A stretch of DNA of 64,000 bases from Felis catus (taxonomy: Eukaryota). The notes below the pieces were generated by a model. That model did no database searches. It was given only the letters and a program-made list of their open reading frames with translations, and was not told the DNA's origin. The translations under genes were made by a program, and so were the position numbers. Shown piece after piece: positions 1-10,760 of this stretch; the first letter of the stretch is position 1, and each line of letters begins with the position of its first letter. The stretch lies in the NCBI RefSeq assembly GCF_018350175.1, contig NC_058377.1, positions 112,158,001 to 112,222,000 on the forward strand. Reading direction: 5' to 3'.

Positions 1-1402
1 CAATCTCCCCAGCCCCGTGGACTGCTCACACAGGAGCTGGGTTGACCACGGCCACGGGGCAACTTTGGGGTCTTGCGTGCACACTGTCTCCCGCACCAGC
101 TGGGGTCAGGAAATGTGGGGGAGGGGCACTTGGTCTCCAGTTGCCTCCAGTTTTCTCTGCTGTTCAAAGCCAGGTGGGTCTCCACCCTCCAGGACTCCCT
201 GTCTCCTGTGCCCGTGCTGGCCACAAGGTTTGTGACTCCTGTCTTTTCACACGGTCCAGGGTGGCTGCTGGAGGCGCCCCCTTGACAAGGGACCTTCTCG
301 GCCAGCTCTGTTAGGGCAGTGAAGTCCCGGGAGCCCACGCCGGGGTGCCTCATTCAGGATGGTGTGGCAGACAGAGGGGTCGTCCCTGGGGCAGCAGGGT
401 GTTGGCCTTGGGTTGAAGGGGACTTCAGGGAGACATGGAATCCCAGGAAAATTTCTGGGCAGTCCTGGGGGTGGCGGGTGGAGGCCGGGGAGGAGGAGCA
501 GGTGCTCTGACTTGATGCTCTAGGACCCACGGTCGTGCCCCCAGATACCGACTGATGGATTCTGAGACCCACCTCCCGACTTCAGCGTTCAGAATACCGC
601 GTTGTGCCTCCGCGCCAGCGCCTAGGCTCCCGTGATGGGGTCCACGCCGCGCTCCCCCAGACCCCCAGAAGGAGTTTTGAGTTTATTGTGCTTCTTTCTA
701 TCATTGGGATCGTTGTCTCCAGCAGTCAGGTGAGAAACACCCCAAAATATGGATGCTGCTGAAGGAGGAGCCCGCATCGTTCTGGGGCTCTGTTGTTGGG
801 GCTCTCGTGGCGCGTGTGTCTCTGCTGTTCACGGCACCGCAAACCGTCCCCCACCCCGTGCCAGTCGGCTCCCGGGTCCCCGCAAGCTTAAGGACGGCTA
901 TCCCGCAGGCAGACAGCGTGAGAGCCAGGGGCTTTCTGTGAGCTCGAGGACGCTGCCCCTGCCCCCAAGGCCCAGGCAGCTAGCAGTCAGGGGACCAGCC
1001 CCTCGCCCCGCGTCGGGGCCCCGCCGGCCTGCACCCCGGCTGCCTGCTGCGTGTGGCCGTGGACCGGACGCAACTTCGAGGCTGCCGGCGGGTAGGGCGG
1101 GCCCAGCCGTGACAGCCTGAGGGTCCCACGGGCCTCATGGTCATGACGATGAGGACACAGCTCTGGGGGAGACGCACAACACGTCGGGGGTGAGAGAGGA
1201 ACCACACTGGGAAAAGCAAAGCAGACGGGACAGACTGAGACAGGACGCGGTCTGGAGCTGGGCCCCTCCGTAGGCCCCGGCACAGGGAGGAGACAGCGCA
1301 AGAGTACGGCGGTGTAGACGCCACGCCGACAGCCACAGAGGGGGTCTCTTCCATGGGGTATGCGGGCAGGGGCTGGGAACAGACACTGGGCTGGCCCCTT
1401 AC

Positions 1403-1423
1403 CCTTCTTCTTCCGGATGGAGG
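1403..1423 (-). CDS. SHANK2: SHANK2 21-nt microexon (A-S-I-R-K-K-K), probably alternative/neuronal
   Basis: Minus strand ccctttctgtttgcaag|CCTCCATCCGGAAGAAGAAGG|gtaagg; matches recalled SHANK2 ASVRKKK and SHANK3 ASIRRRK; CTCAC branch point 1445-1449; phase 1/1. Confidence 0.92.
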
Positions 1424-2569
1424 CTTGCAAACAGAAAGGGGAGGGTGAGTCCACGACGGCAGCGCTCCCCCGGGGCCTGGCTAGGGGGCCCGGAAACCTA
1501 ACGCTGACCGGAAGCTCACGCGGGCCACACGCGGAAGGGTGGGGTGTCTAGACGGCTGGGTTTATGGCTCTCCCAGGAACCCGGTGATGGGGTGACCTTC
1601 CCCTTCCAACATGACCGGCTGCTAAACCTGCTTCCTGGCCACGGGTGAGACACTGTCCCCGCAGCACTGTGCCAAAGCGGCACGGCGTGACAAGGGGAAC
1701 ACGGAGTCCCCGCACGGAGGAGAGACGGGGGAGAGACGCCAAGGCCCGGGGGAGGGGCCGGGGTAGCACGTGCTGCCCAGTTTTAAAGGATGTGCAGCAA
1801 TTCTGTGGTCATCCCCACCGGGTGCCACGCCAGGTGCGCGGGGACAGTCAGGGCTCTCCTGGAGAGCCTTGTTCGGACGGACAGGACGTGGCTGGGAGAA
1901 AAGGGGCTCCGGGAGGGTCCAGAAGGTCTCCCCGGGAGGCTGGGGTCAGGTGGGAGTGACGTCAAGTTAAACGCCGACGGGGGGGAGCTCAGACTCCCCC
2001 CACTGAGCCAGCTGTGCCTGATGGGCGGGTCCTGGGCTCAGGGCCGGTTTCCGCGCTGCACGGGGCGCCCAGACGCTGGCCCTTCATCACCCGGCCAGCC
2101 CCTCTCCACGCTCTCCGCAGAGCAAGCACATCGGCCCTCTCGCCACTTCTGTGTGGAAGAGCCAGCCTCCTACCAAGCGTGTCCCTGGGCCCCGTGGGTG
2201 ACGCCCCAGCACGACATTTAGCCAGCATCCGGATGGCCCGCGCCGGCTCTAGAATCTTCCCTCTCAGTAGCCGGCACTGCCCTGGACCCGGGGCCCTTGC
2301 TGCTCTGAACACCCTTCCCTGTCTCTCTGATAGGGCCAGTGGCTCGAGCTCTCCTGTGCCTTTCAGACCTTTTAGAAGATTCTAGGAGCCCCCTACCCCT
2401 GGTGCGCACCCTTCCAGGCCTGCTGGCCCCACCACCATCTACACCAAACCCCAGGGATGGAGCTTTCTGGTCTGCGTCCAGCACGTGGGGGTGGTGAGGT
2501 GGATTTGGGGGGTGGGGTGCGCCCGAGACAGCAGGGGAGCTGTTTGGGGGACACCGTGGGGCGGCTTAC

Positions 2570-2578
2570 CTTTATCCA
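2570..2578 (-). CDS. SHANK2: SHANK2 9-nt microexon (V-D-K), probably alternative/neuronal
   Basis: Minus strand ctctcactag|TGGATAAAG|gtaagc; gives ELEEL-VDK as in recalled SHANK2; CTAAC branch point at 2614-2618, U-rich tract, strong donor; phase 1/1. Confidence 0.9.
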
Positions 2579-2858
2579 CTAGTGAGAGGCCCAAAAATTC
2601 AAAACAAAACAATGTTAGACGAGCCGAAGACAGCAAAAGGCGAGACTAGCAACCACCCCCGAAGCCAGCAGGACTCCCACGGACATGCCAGCGTGGGAGC
2701 CACCCGCACGCAGGGCTGCTGATGCCGTTCCAGGGGTTCAGGGGCAGGGGACGGGACGAGCAAGCGGGCACAGGGCCATGCGCGGGCTGAGGCAGCGCGG
2801 ACGCGTCCCGGGGGTGGCGGCAGCGGGGGGCCGGGCGGGCCAGACGGGCGACTCTTAC

Positions 2859-2939
2859 CGAGTTCCTCCAGCTCCGAGGTCATGGACTTGGAGCGCAGGG
2901 TGAGGGCCGTGGTCGGGGCGCGCTTGGGAGGCGGGGGGG
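2859..2939 (-). CDS. SHANK2: SHANK2 coding exon (81 nt), post-PDZ linker
   Basis: With G from the previous exon reads APPPPKRAPTTALTLRSKSMTSELEEL+G; acceptor cctgcccctcaag|, donor G|gtaaga at 2858; frame continuous with exon 3525-3660. Confidence 0.96.
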
Positions 2940-3524
2940 CTTGAGGGGCAGGCGGGAGAGACACGGGTGTGAGAGCCTGGCCCTGATGTGCCCCTGCCCC
3001 CACCCGGCTTCCAGAACAACCTGGGGGCCGGCGGCCCCGAGCCTCCAAGGTGGGGAAGCAGCCGTGTCACCCGCTGAGCTTCCGCTCGGGCCGCGAGGGG
3101 TTGGGACCGGGACAGGCCCTGTGTGGGGGGCCCCTGCGCTCTGTACTGAGCCCCCCAGGCACACCTGGCACTTGGCACCCCTGCCCTCCCCGAGGGAGCA
3201 GAAACGCGCGGAGGGGAGCCGGTCCGGCCCTCTTTCTGCCGCGTGCCCGTGGGTGACTAACGGACCTGGTGGTTCCGGCAGCCTTGTAGCCCCTAGCTGG
3301 CCGCCCCCCACCCCCCACCCCGTCACAGCGAGGACCCAGGCCTCACACGTGTGCCTGTGTCCCCCGGACCCAGGGCTGCTGAGCACAGCCTTGCCTGAGG
3401 CCGAGCTCCCGAGTCCTCTCTTCACCTCCCTGTCTGGCTTCTTTTCCTCCTCTCGGGGGGCCGCCCCCACCCCCCCCCGGCGGGAGATGTGGGGGGCGGT
3501 GCAGGGGCGGGGCGGGGCGGGCAC

Positions 3525-3660
3525 CTTTCTTCCTGGCGGTGTCGTCCGGGTCGAGATTCCTGGTCACCGTGACCACCTTGAGGACGAGGTGGTTCCCTCC
3601 CTGGCGGATCATGTTCACCACCTGCCGGTGGCCGACCTTCACGACGTTCTCCTTGTTCAC
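3525..3660 (-). CDS. SHANK2: SHANK2 coding exon (136 nt), C-terminal half of PDZ domain
   Basis: Translates VNKENVVKVGHRQVVNMIRQGGNHLVLKVVTVTRNLDPDDTARKK+G, matching recalled SHANK2 (not SHANK1 GGNTLMVKVVMV or SHANK3 GHKQVVALIRQ). Acceptor tctcccgcag| at 3661-3670, donor AAG|gtgccc at 3524; phase 0 in, phase 1 out. Confidence 0.97.
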
Positions 3661-5592
3661 CTGCGGGAGACAGGGGCTGTGGGTGAGGGGCCCACGCGGG
3701 AGGAAGGGAACAGTGCCCCCTGCCCCCCGTCCCCCGCCCGGTCAGCAGACGGACAGAGGGAAACGGTGGCTTCTGGAACCACAAGTGCTCTGGGGGGGCC
3801 AGGGGGTGCTCTGTGGTGGCCGCAGGCCAGCTAACCGTGGCCTGGTGGTGGAGGGGGTGCCTGTCACTCTGTGCAGGGCCGTTTCCAGCTGCCAGGCGGC
3901 CGGGGCTGATTCTCACTGAACCCGGGAGGAATTTCTTGGCCACCAGTGACGCGCGAACAGCCAGACAGATTTCCAGGGTCCCGGGCTGTGGCCCTACAGC
4001 TTTCCATTGTCACACTTAAGAGGAAACACTAATTGCTTTTCACAGATTTGGGGAACACACATCCACTGAAATGGCTCATTTCCTCCAGGTGCTCCCTCCC
4101 TCCTCCGCTCCTGCCCAGGACGCTGCAAAAGGCACAGAAACTTGGCAGACGAGGTGCCAAGGGCCACAGGTCCGCCGCCCTGCCCATCCAGTGACACCGG
4201 AGGATGCCTCCACCGCGGCCACTTGGGTGTTCGCCGAGCTCCTGGCCCCCGCCTCCCCCTTCACATCTGTCTGTCCCCACGGCATCGGCAGGCAGAACCG
4301 GGGCTGGGCCTTGAACTCTGACACCGAGGGCACTCTGCACCTCCTGGAGTTTGGGGGGTTCTCGGGCGTAGGGGCTCCACGTCTCTGGCCCGGCGTTGCC
4401 CCTCACGCTCACTGAACTGGACCCCTCTGGGAGGGGCGTGGGCACCTGCCATCCCCACAGCTCCCAGGGTGAGCACCGGGCACCGAGGGGCAAGGGAGTG
4501 AACCCGAGATTGCCCTGTGTGCCGTCCTCCAAGAAAGAAAAGCCCCCTCCCCCCACTGCAAAGAACAGGTGGGAAGCCCCTGAGGCCCTGCCCATCCCTG
4601 CCATCGCTGTCCCCGTTTTGTGGTACTTTCTCCTGCTGGGGATTCCCTAAAAACCCATCAAGGGCAAGGGAGCCTCGAACAGAGAAGTTAACAGGCCTGA
4701 TGACTCCTCACACCTGGGCACTGGGGTCCCCACACCGACGACAGGTACACTTCTCCTGGCCTCGGAGGGCCAGACAGGGGAACTCGTGTTCGGTGAGACA
4801 CGCGGCAGCGGCCCCGCGGTCTCCGCGGCCCCGAGAAAGACACGGACGCAAGCCCCGGGACCGCAGCTGACGCCCCTCCTCTCCCTCTCTCCTCGCCACA
4901 CACCAGAGAAGTGACTTGTGCACTCATTCCCTCGTTCACCACTTTGCTCAGGGCACCCACAAAAAGGTGGTGAGGGGTGATCCTGGTGGGCAGCCCGTCC
5001 CTGCCTCCGGAGTGGACGCTCTTGTGGGGGGCTGGCCACACGTGAGTCGGTGAACAGGTGTAACCCCAGGTGTGCTGAGTGTCACCTGAGAAAACAGGCC
5101 CAGGGAACAGGAGGCAGGGTCCTGGGCCAGGTGGGGCTGGGGGCCCGGGCACAGGCTGGGGAGCCCCGCTGCAGGACGATGGGTGCTGGCAGCGCCCCGG
5201 GCCCCACCTCAAACGGCCCATCTTAAATTCCCATCCTGCTTTGCAAAGTAAATACGTTTGGATAGAGTCCTTCTCCCAAAGCAAGAAACGTATCAAGGTC
5301 GGAGCAGCGGGCTGCGTGGCTCCGGGCTTTTGTGAATCAGCCACCGGTGTGCGGGTGAGCGCTCGGCCAGCAAGGGCACAGGGGTGCCACGTGGCTTGTG
5401 CTGTGATGCCTGTAAGCGTCCTCCTGCAAGAAGAGCGGGCAAAGGCGCGAGGCAACAGGTTCAGCTTGGAACCCGCAGACCAGGACTAAAGGCAGGACGG
5501 GCCCCTCGGCTGCATTCTCCTTCCCAGCATGGGGGGCACGGAAGAGAGGAAGAGGACGAGCAAAGCCGCACTTCGGGGTTTCCCAGCCTTCA

Positions 5593-5769
5593 GGGGTGCC
5601 TGTGGCTCAGCGGGTTAAGTGTCCGACTCGTGATTTCAGACCAGGTCATGACCTCATGGTTTGCTACCTCGAGCCTCACGTCAGGCTCTGGGCTCTGTGC
5701 TGACAGCAGGGAGCCTGCTTGGGATTCTCTCTCTGCCTCCCTCTCTCTCTCAAGATGAATAAACATTTT
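5593..5769 (+). mobile_element. Can-SINE (felid SINEC type)
   Basis: GGGGTGCCTGTGGCTCAG tRNA-derived head, (CT)n, AATAAA tail. Confidence 0.93.
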
Positions 5770-5789
5770 AGAATTCCCCAGCCTTTAAT

Positions 5790-6003
5790 GTATTTTTTTT
5801 TAATGTTTATTTTCGAGAGAGAGAGAGAGAGAGAGAACGAGAGAGACAGTGCATGAGTAGGGGAGGAGCAGAGAGAGGAAGGCACAGAATCCAAAGCAGG
5901 CTGTCAGCACAGAGCCTGACACCGGGTTCTAACCCACGAACTGAAAGACCATGACCTGAGCTGAGGCTGGATGCTTAACTGACTGAGCCACCCAGGTGCC
6001 CCC
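5790..6003 (-). mobile_element. Can-SINE, tail-to-tail with 5593-5769
   Basis: polyT/(GA)n...ctgagccacccaggtgccccc; TSD tagaatt(c/t)cccagcctttaa at 5769-5788 and 6005-6024. Confidence 0.95.
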
Positions 6004-6221
6004 ATAGAATTTCCCAGCCTTTAAACAAACTCAAAATTCAGTTTAACCCACAGTGGGACATCACAATCAGCTACCGGCTGTACGACAGGTGTTCTGGGCT
6101 GCTTGTGTGGGGACAGGAGCCTCAGAGGCTGAGTGGGTGAAATGCTGCCTGATTCCTCAGATGTCCAGCTTGGCGTCTTGAACTTCCACGGGGTTCCCGT
6201 GTCCCTCAGAACACCTGGGCC

Positions 6222-6256
6222 TGCAATTCTGGCGTGCTGCCGCCAGGGGGCGGTGT
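6222..6256 (+). promoter_or_regulatory. Predicted CTCF site with upstream motif
   Basis: Core CCGCCAGGGGGCGG at 6240-6253 plus TGCAATTC at 6222-6229 at the usual spacing of the ZF9-11 upstream motif. Confidence 0.7.
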
Positions 6257-6774
6257 GGGCCTCGAGCGCCTGCCACATTTACGGAAGGTTAACCCCAATG
6301 CTGAGCCTCCTGGGATGACTGCCTTGCAGAAGAAAGACACGGGTGACGAGCCATGGATCCAGTTAACTGCAGGGCAGAGTAACATGCCCCTCCAGGCATC
6401 GTCCTTCCATGCAGACGTGGAACCATCTAAGGAGGGAGCAAACCACGGCTACATCCTGGCAGAGGGCAAGAACCCAGGGCTAGCATCCACCAGGGTTCAG
6501 AGAGCTTCTGTGAAGAACAGGAAGTCAAGCTGCCTTTGCACACTTTCGTACTCTCCTCAATCATTCTCTTCTTCCACATGAATTGTCACTCAGAACACAA
6601 AACTCACACTTGCACGCGCTTTAAAGAGACGGCGTTGTGTAGGGCCGGTTACAAAACCCAGAGGACGTCACCCAGGCCCCACCTGTCACTCCCAAAGCCT
6701 TCAGCTCACTCTTTCTAATTTATCCCTGAGTCTCTGAACATGCTTATGTGGTTGCTACTTGATGTTTCCATTCT

Positions 6775-6997
6775 ATTTTATTCATTTATTTAAAAAAAAT
6801 GTTAAATGTCTATTTTTGAGAGAAAGAGAGCACGAGCGGGGAAGGTGCAGAGAGAGAGGGAGACACAGAATCTGAGGCAGGCTCCAGGCTCTGAGCTGTC
6901 AGCACAGAGCCCTACACGTAGCTCGAACTCATGAATCATAAGATCATGACCTGGGCCGAAGTTGGACGTTTAGCCAAGTGAGCCACCCAGGCGCCCC
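6775..6997 (-). mobile_element. Can-SINE
   Basis: gagacacagaatctgaggcaggctccaggctctgagctgtcagcacagagcc...gagccacccaggcgcccc. Confidence 0.94.
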
Positions 6998-7057
6998 AGT
7001 GTTTACATTGTAGATGTGGTCTGCTGACACACTGATGTGGAAAATGATGGCTTATCC

Positions 7058-7254
7058 CAGGGTTTCTGAACAGTGGCACAGTTGCAAATGTGGACCAATT
7101 AATTCTTTGTTGTGGGTGTACATGATAGGATGTGGGGCAGTATCCCTGGATGCCAGCAACATCCCCTTCCTCCTAAATGTGGCACCTGCAGATGTCTCTA
7201 GACATTGCCAAATGTCCACTGGGAGGTCAGAGTCGCCCTCAGTTGACAACCACG
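7058..7254 (-). mobile_element. MER20 hAT-Charlie DNA transposon
   Basis: cagggtttct...aattctttgttgtggg...atgtctctagacattgccaaatgtcc...agttgacaaccac is collinear with the reverse complement of recalled MER20. Confidence 0.85.
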
Positions 7255-9875
7255 AATTCAGGTCTTGTCTTTCATCCCCCAGGACTTCAACCTCAGTTTA
7301 CAGTTGTATCATAATTCCGACTAGATCAACACTCAGGGTTTACATCACGACTGTGTAATATCTATTCATAGCTAAACCATGTAGTATATTATGATGACTT
7401 TGTCTTCCCATACATTATGTCTTCCCCAGGGTAAAATCATCTTCTGTTGTTTGTTTATTGGTTTAATTTCCCATGTACTTAACAGTAATTCCAATCCAAA
7501 CACTTCCTAATTATGTAAATCTCTTTGCAAAATCTTCAAATATGTGGGGGATTTTGTTCAGTTTATGCTGAAGAAATTGCTCCTGAAGACTTCAGCTCTT
7601 TTCTGCACAACGTGGGTTTGGTGTTTTCTACGCCTGTGTCCCATTACCTCTGTCCCCTGGATTCCTTCCGATTCATTCTTGTGTTGGGTCGCCCAAATCC
7701 CAGACCCCCTGGATATATTTTTGGCTGTTGCTTGGTATAAAGCCTCATTTTTGGTAAGGGACATTCTCGAGTTGCTTTCCAATAAAAGGAGTTTGGGAGA
7801 TTTTTTTTTTTTTTTTTGATACATTGCTTACTTGAAAATGACTTTAACTGCACCCTTAACTGGGTGTTTGGGTACAAAATTTGAGGTTGGAGGGTAAGGT
7901 AAAGTAAATATCCTAAGACCAACTCCTCTGCAGGGAACGTGTACAAAGTCTCGGCAAAACAACTCCCCCACCCCCAAACCCAAACAAACAAAAGCAGTTC
8001 CCTGAAAGCTCTGGAGTGTGAACTAAGGTAAGCGGATTTTGGATGGGAGTGGAAAGTCAGAAGTGCTGTGCCATGGACAGAGTGTGATGCGGGTCACTCA
8101 AAGCCCTGATGGAAAACTTCAGCCTTTCTGGCTTAAAAAGTCAGAGGACAGAACCTTGGGGGGTGGCCACAGCTGCCAAAGTGAGGGGGGCGTCCCAGAA
8201 AAGAGAGAGTCAGGGAATGGCAGCTCCATGTTCCGTGTGTAAACTGTTCCCAAATATCCGATAGGGGGTATGAAACTGTGCCTGCACTGGGTTGACTCAA
8301 CGCAGCTTGCAGATAAGGCTAATATGCCTGACCTGACGTTTGAGCTACTCCTACTGCCTCCCAGATATTTGTAGTTGGAGACTAGCCACGGTAATTACCA
8401 GCAAAAATGCAAACATCAACGTTCATCCAAGGAATCTAATGGAATCCAGACCGTCACAGCATAGTATTTACAATATTCAGGATACAATGAACATTTACTT
8501 AACGAACCCAGACATGACTAAGATGTTGGAATTCTCAGGCAAGGACTTTGAAGCAGCTATCACAACAATACTCAACTAGGTAAAGGAAAATATACTCACA
8601 ACGCATGAAAGGTACGAAATATCATCAAAGAAATTTTTAAAAAGGTAAAAAAAATGAAAATGTTAAAACTAAAAAATACAATGTCGTAAGTTAAAAAAGG
8701 CACTGGGTGGGCTCAATAGCGAAATAGATATGGCAGAGCAAAGAGTGAAGTTGAAGAAACATCTGAAGAATTTATCCAATATGAAGAAGATGGAGAAAGG
8801 ATTTTCAAAAGTGAACAGAATCTTAAGGACTTGAGGGACAATGTCAAAAGGTCTACTATTTTGAGTCCCAGAAGGGAGAAAATTGGAATCCCAGAAGAGA
8901 GAGAGAAAATGGGTCAGGAAAAATAATTTAAAAAATGATGGCTGAAAACTTCCTCAGTCAGGTGAAGGACATAAATTTACAGATTTAAGAAACTCCGTGA
9001 ATCCCAAACGGGATAAATATAAAGAAAATCTCCCCTGGGCACATTATAGCCAATCTGCTGAAAGTCCAAGGTAAAAGGAGGAAATCTCAAAGTGGCCAGA
9101 GAATAATGATACATTGCTTATGGAAGAACAATGATTTCAATGACTGTGGACTTCACATCAGAAACTCTGGAGGCAAGACTGTGGAACACTTTTACACTGT
9201 GAAGCCTAGAATTCTATACCCAGTGAAAATAGCTTCAAAGAACGAAGGCAAAATAAAACATTTATAGATAAATGAAAACCATGAGAATCTGTTGCCAGCG
9301 AATCTGCACTACAAAAAACAAAAACAAAAGCAAAACGTTAAAGGAAGTTCTTCAAGCTGGAGGGGATACAGATACTAGATCTTAGAGGCATGAGGATATC
9401 AGATATGGTAAGTACCTAGGTAAAATAGAAAATATTATTTTTCCTCATTTAAAAAATAGATATGACTGTTTGAGGCAGAAGAATATTGTTTTGTGGGGTT
9501 TACAATGTAAGTAAATGTGACACCTGTAGAGTACATGAAGGCAGGAGTGAGGTAGACACACCTACGTGGTTGCAGAGCCATTATATTTCCTGTGAATTGT
9601 GCAGTATGGATTATAAGTGGGCTGAAAAGTTAAGGATATACACTGTAATCCTAGAGCCCAGCACTAAAAAGAATGTAAAGTACAGCAAAAAGCCAATACA
9701 TTAAAATGGAGTTCTAAAAATAGTCAAATAATCCAAGAAAAGCAGAAAAGGGAGAACAGAGGAAAACAGAAAAGAGAAACAGAAACAACTAAACTGGTGG
9801 ACCTACATTGAAAAGCACCAATAATTACATTAAATGTTAATGGGATAAAACTCCAGTTAAAAGGCAGATACTATA

Positions 9876-10061
9876 GGGGCTCCTGAGTGGCTCCCTTTGC
9901 TTAAGCACCTGACTCTTGATCTCAGCTCAGGTCATGATCTCTGGGTTTGTGAGTTTGAGCCTTGTGTTGAGCTCTGCACCGACAGTGCAAAGCCTGCTTG
10001 GGATTTTCTCTCTACCTCCCTGTCTCTGCTCCTCTCTCAAAATAAATAAACTTAAAAAAAA
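9876..10061 (+). mobile_element. Can-SINE (first of tandem pair)
   Basis: ggggctcctgagtggctc head, ctctctcaaaataaataaacttaaaa tail. Confidence 0.92.
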
Positions 10062-10063
10062 GT

Positions 10064-10270
10064 GGGGCACCTGGTGGCTCAGTTGGTTAAGCACCCAACT
10101 CTTGCTCTTGGCTCAGGTTATGATCTCACAGTTTGTGAGTTTGAGCCCTGCATCAGGCTCTGTGTTGATAGCGTGGAGCCTGCTTGGGATTCTCTTTCTC
10201 CTTTGCTCTCTGCCCCTTCCCTCTCTCTCTCTCTCTCTCTCTCTCAAAAATAAATGAATAAACTTAAAGA
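10064..10270 (+). mobile_element. Can-SINE (second of tandem pair)
   Basis: ggggcacctggtggctcagttggttaagc head; the pair is flanked by 17-nt TSD aaaaggcaga(t/c)actata at 9859-9875 and 10271-10287. Confidence 0.93.
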
Positions 10271-10395
10271 AAAAGGCAGACACTATAAAAATAGATTGTG
10301 GAGAAAGACCTAATCTGCAGGTTAGAGAGCAAACAAATGGAAGAAGGTTTCCCGTGGGTTGAGCACTATATCAACATCAGACAAAAGAGACTTCA

Positions 10396-10750
10396 ACCAC
10401 TCTGAATAACAGTTTGGCAGTCCCTCAAAAAGTTACACACAGAGCTTTGAGATGGCCCAGAAACTCCAGTCCCAGGTGTATTCCCAAGAGAACTGAAGAC
10501 ATGCTCGCACAAATACCTGCACCCAAAATTTCATGGTGGCATTACTCCTAGCAGCAGAGAGAAGCGGCTGGAGGGTGGAGAAAGACTGTTGATGGGTGTG
10601 AGATCTCTTTCTGTGACAAAATGTTCTAAAATTAGACTGTGCTCATGGTTGCAAATTTCTGTGAATATACTAAAATCCACCAGATTGGGTGCCTTAAATG
10701 GTTGAATTTTATGGACATGAATTATATCTCAATAAAGCTGTATTAAAAAA
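10396..10750 (+). mobile_element. L1M (L1MB/MC-like) 3'-end fragment inserted into the older L1
   Basis: cagtttggcag...gtgaatatactaaaa...aattatatctcaataaagctg + A tail; flanked by aaaa(g/t)agacttca. Confidence 0.8.
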
Positions 10751-10760
10751 ATAGACTTCA

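Noticed and set aside
1-1402. Next SHANK2 exon (DKPEEIVPASK...)
   Set aside because: Not found by eye; presumably lies beyond the window start.
2579-2590. Annotating a 21-nt GLSLVDK exon
   Set aside because: The required acceptor at 2591-2592 reads GG; only the 9-nt form has a canonical AG.
2859-3660. SHANK1 or SHANK3 identity
   Set aside because: NHLVLKVVTVTRNLDPDDTARKK and RAPTTALTL are SHANK2-specific as recalled.
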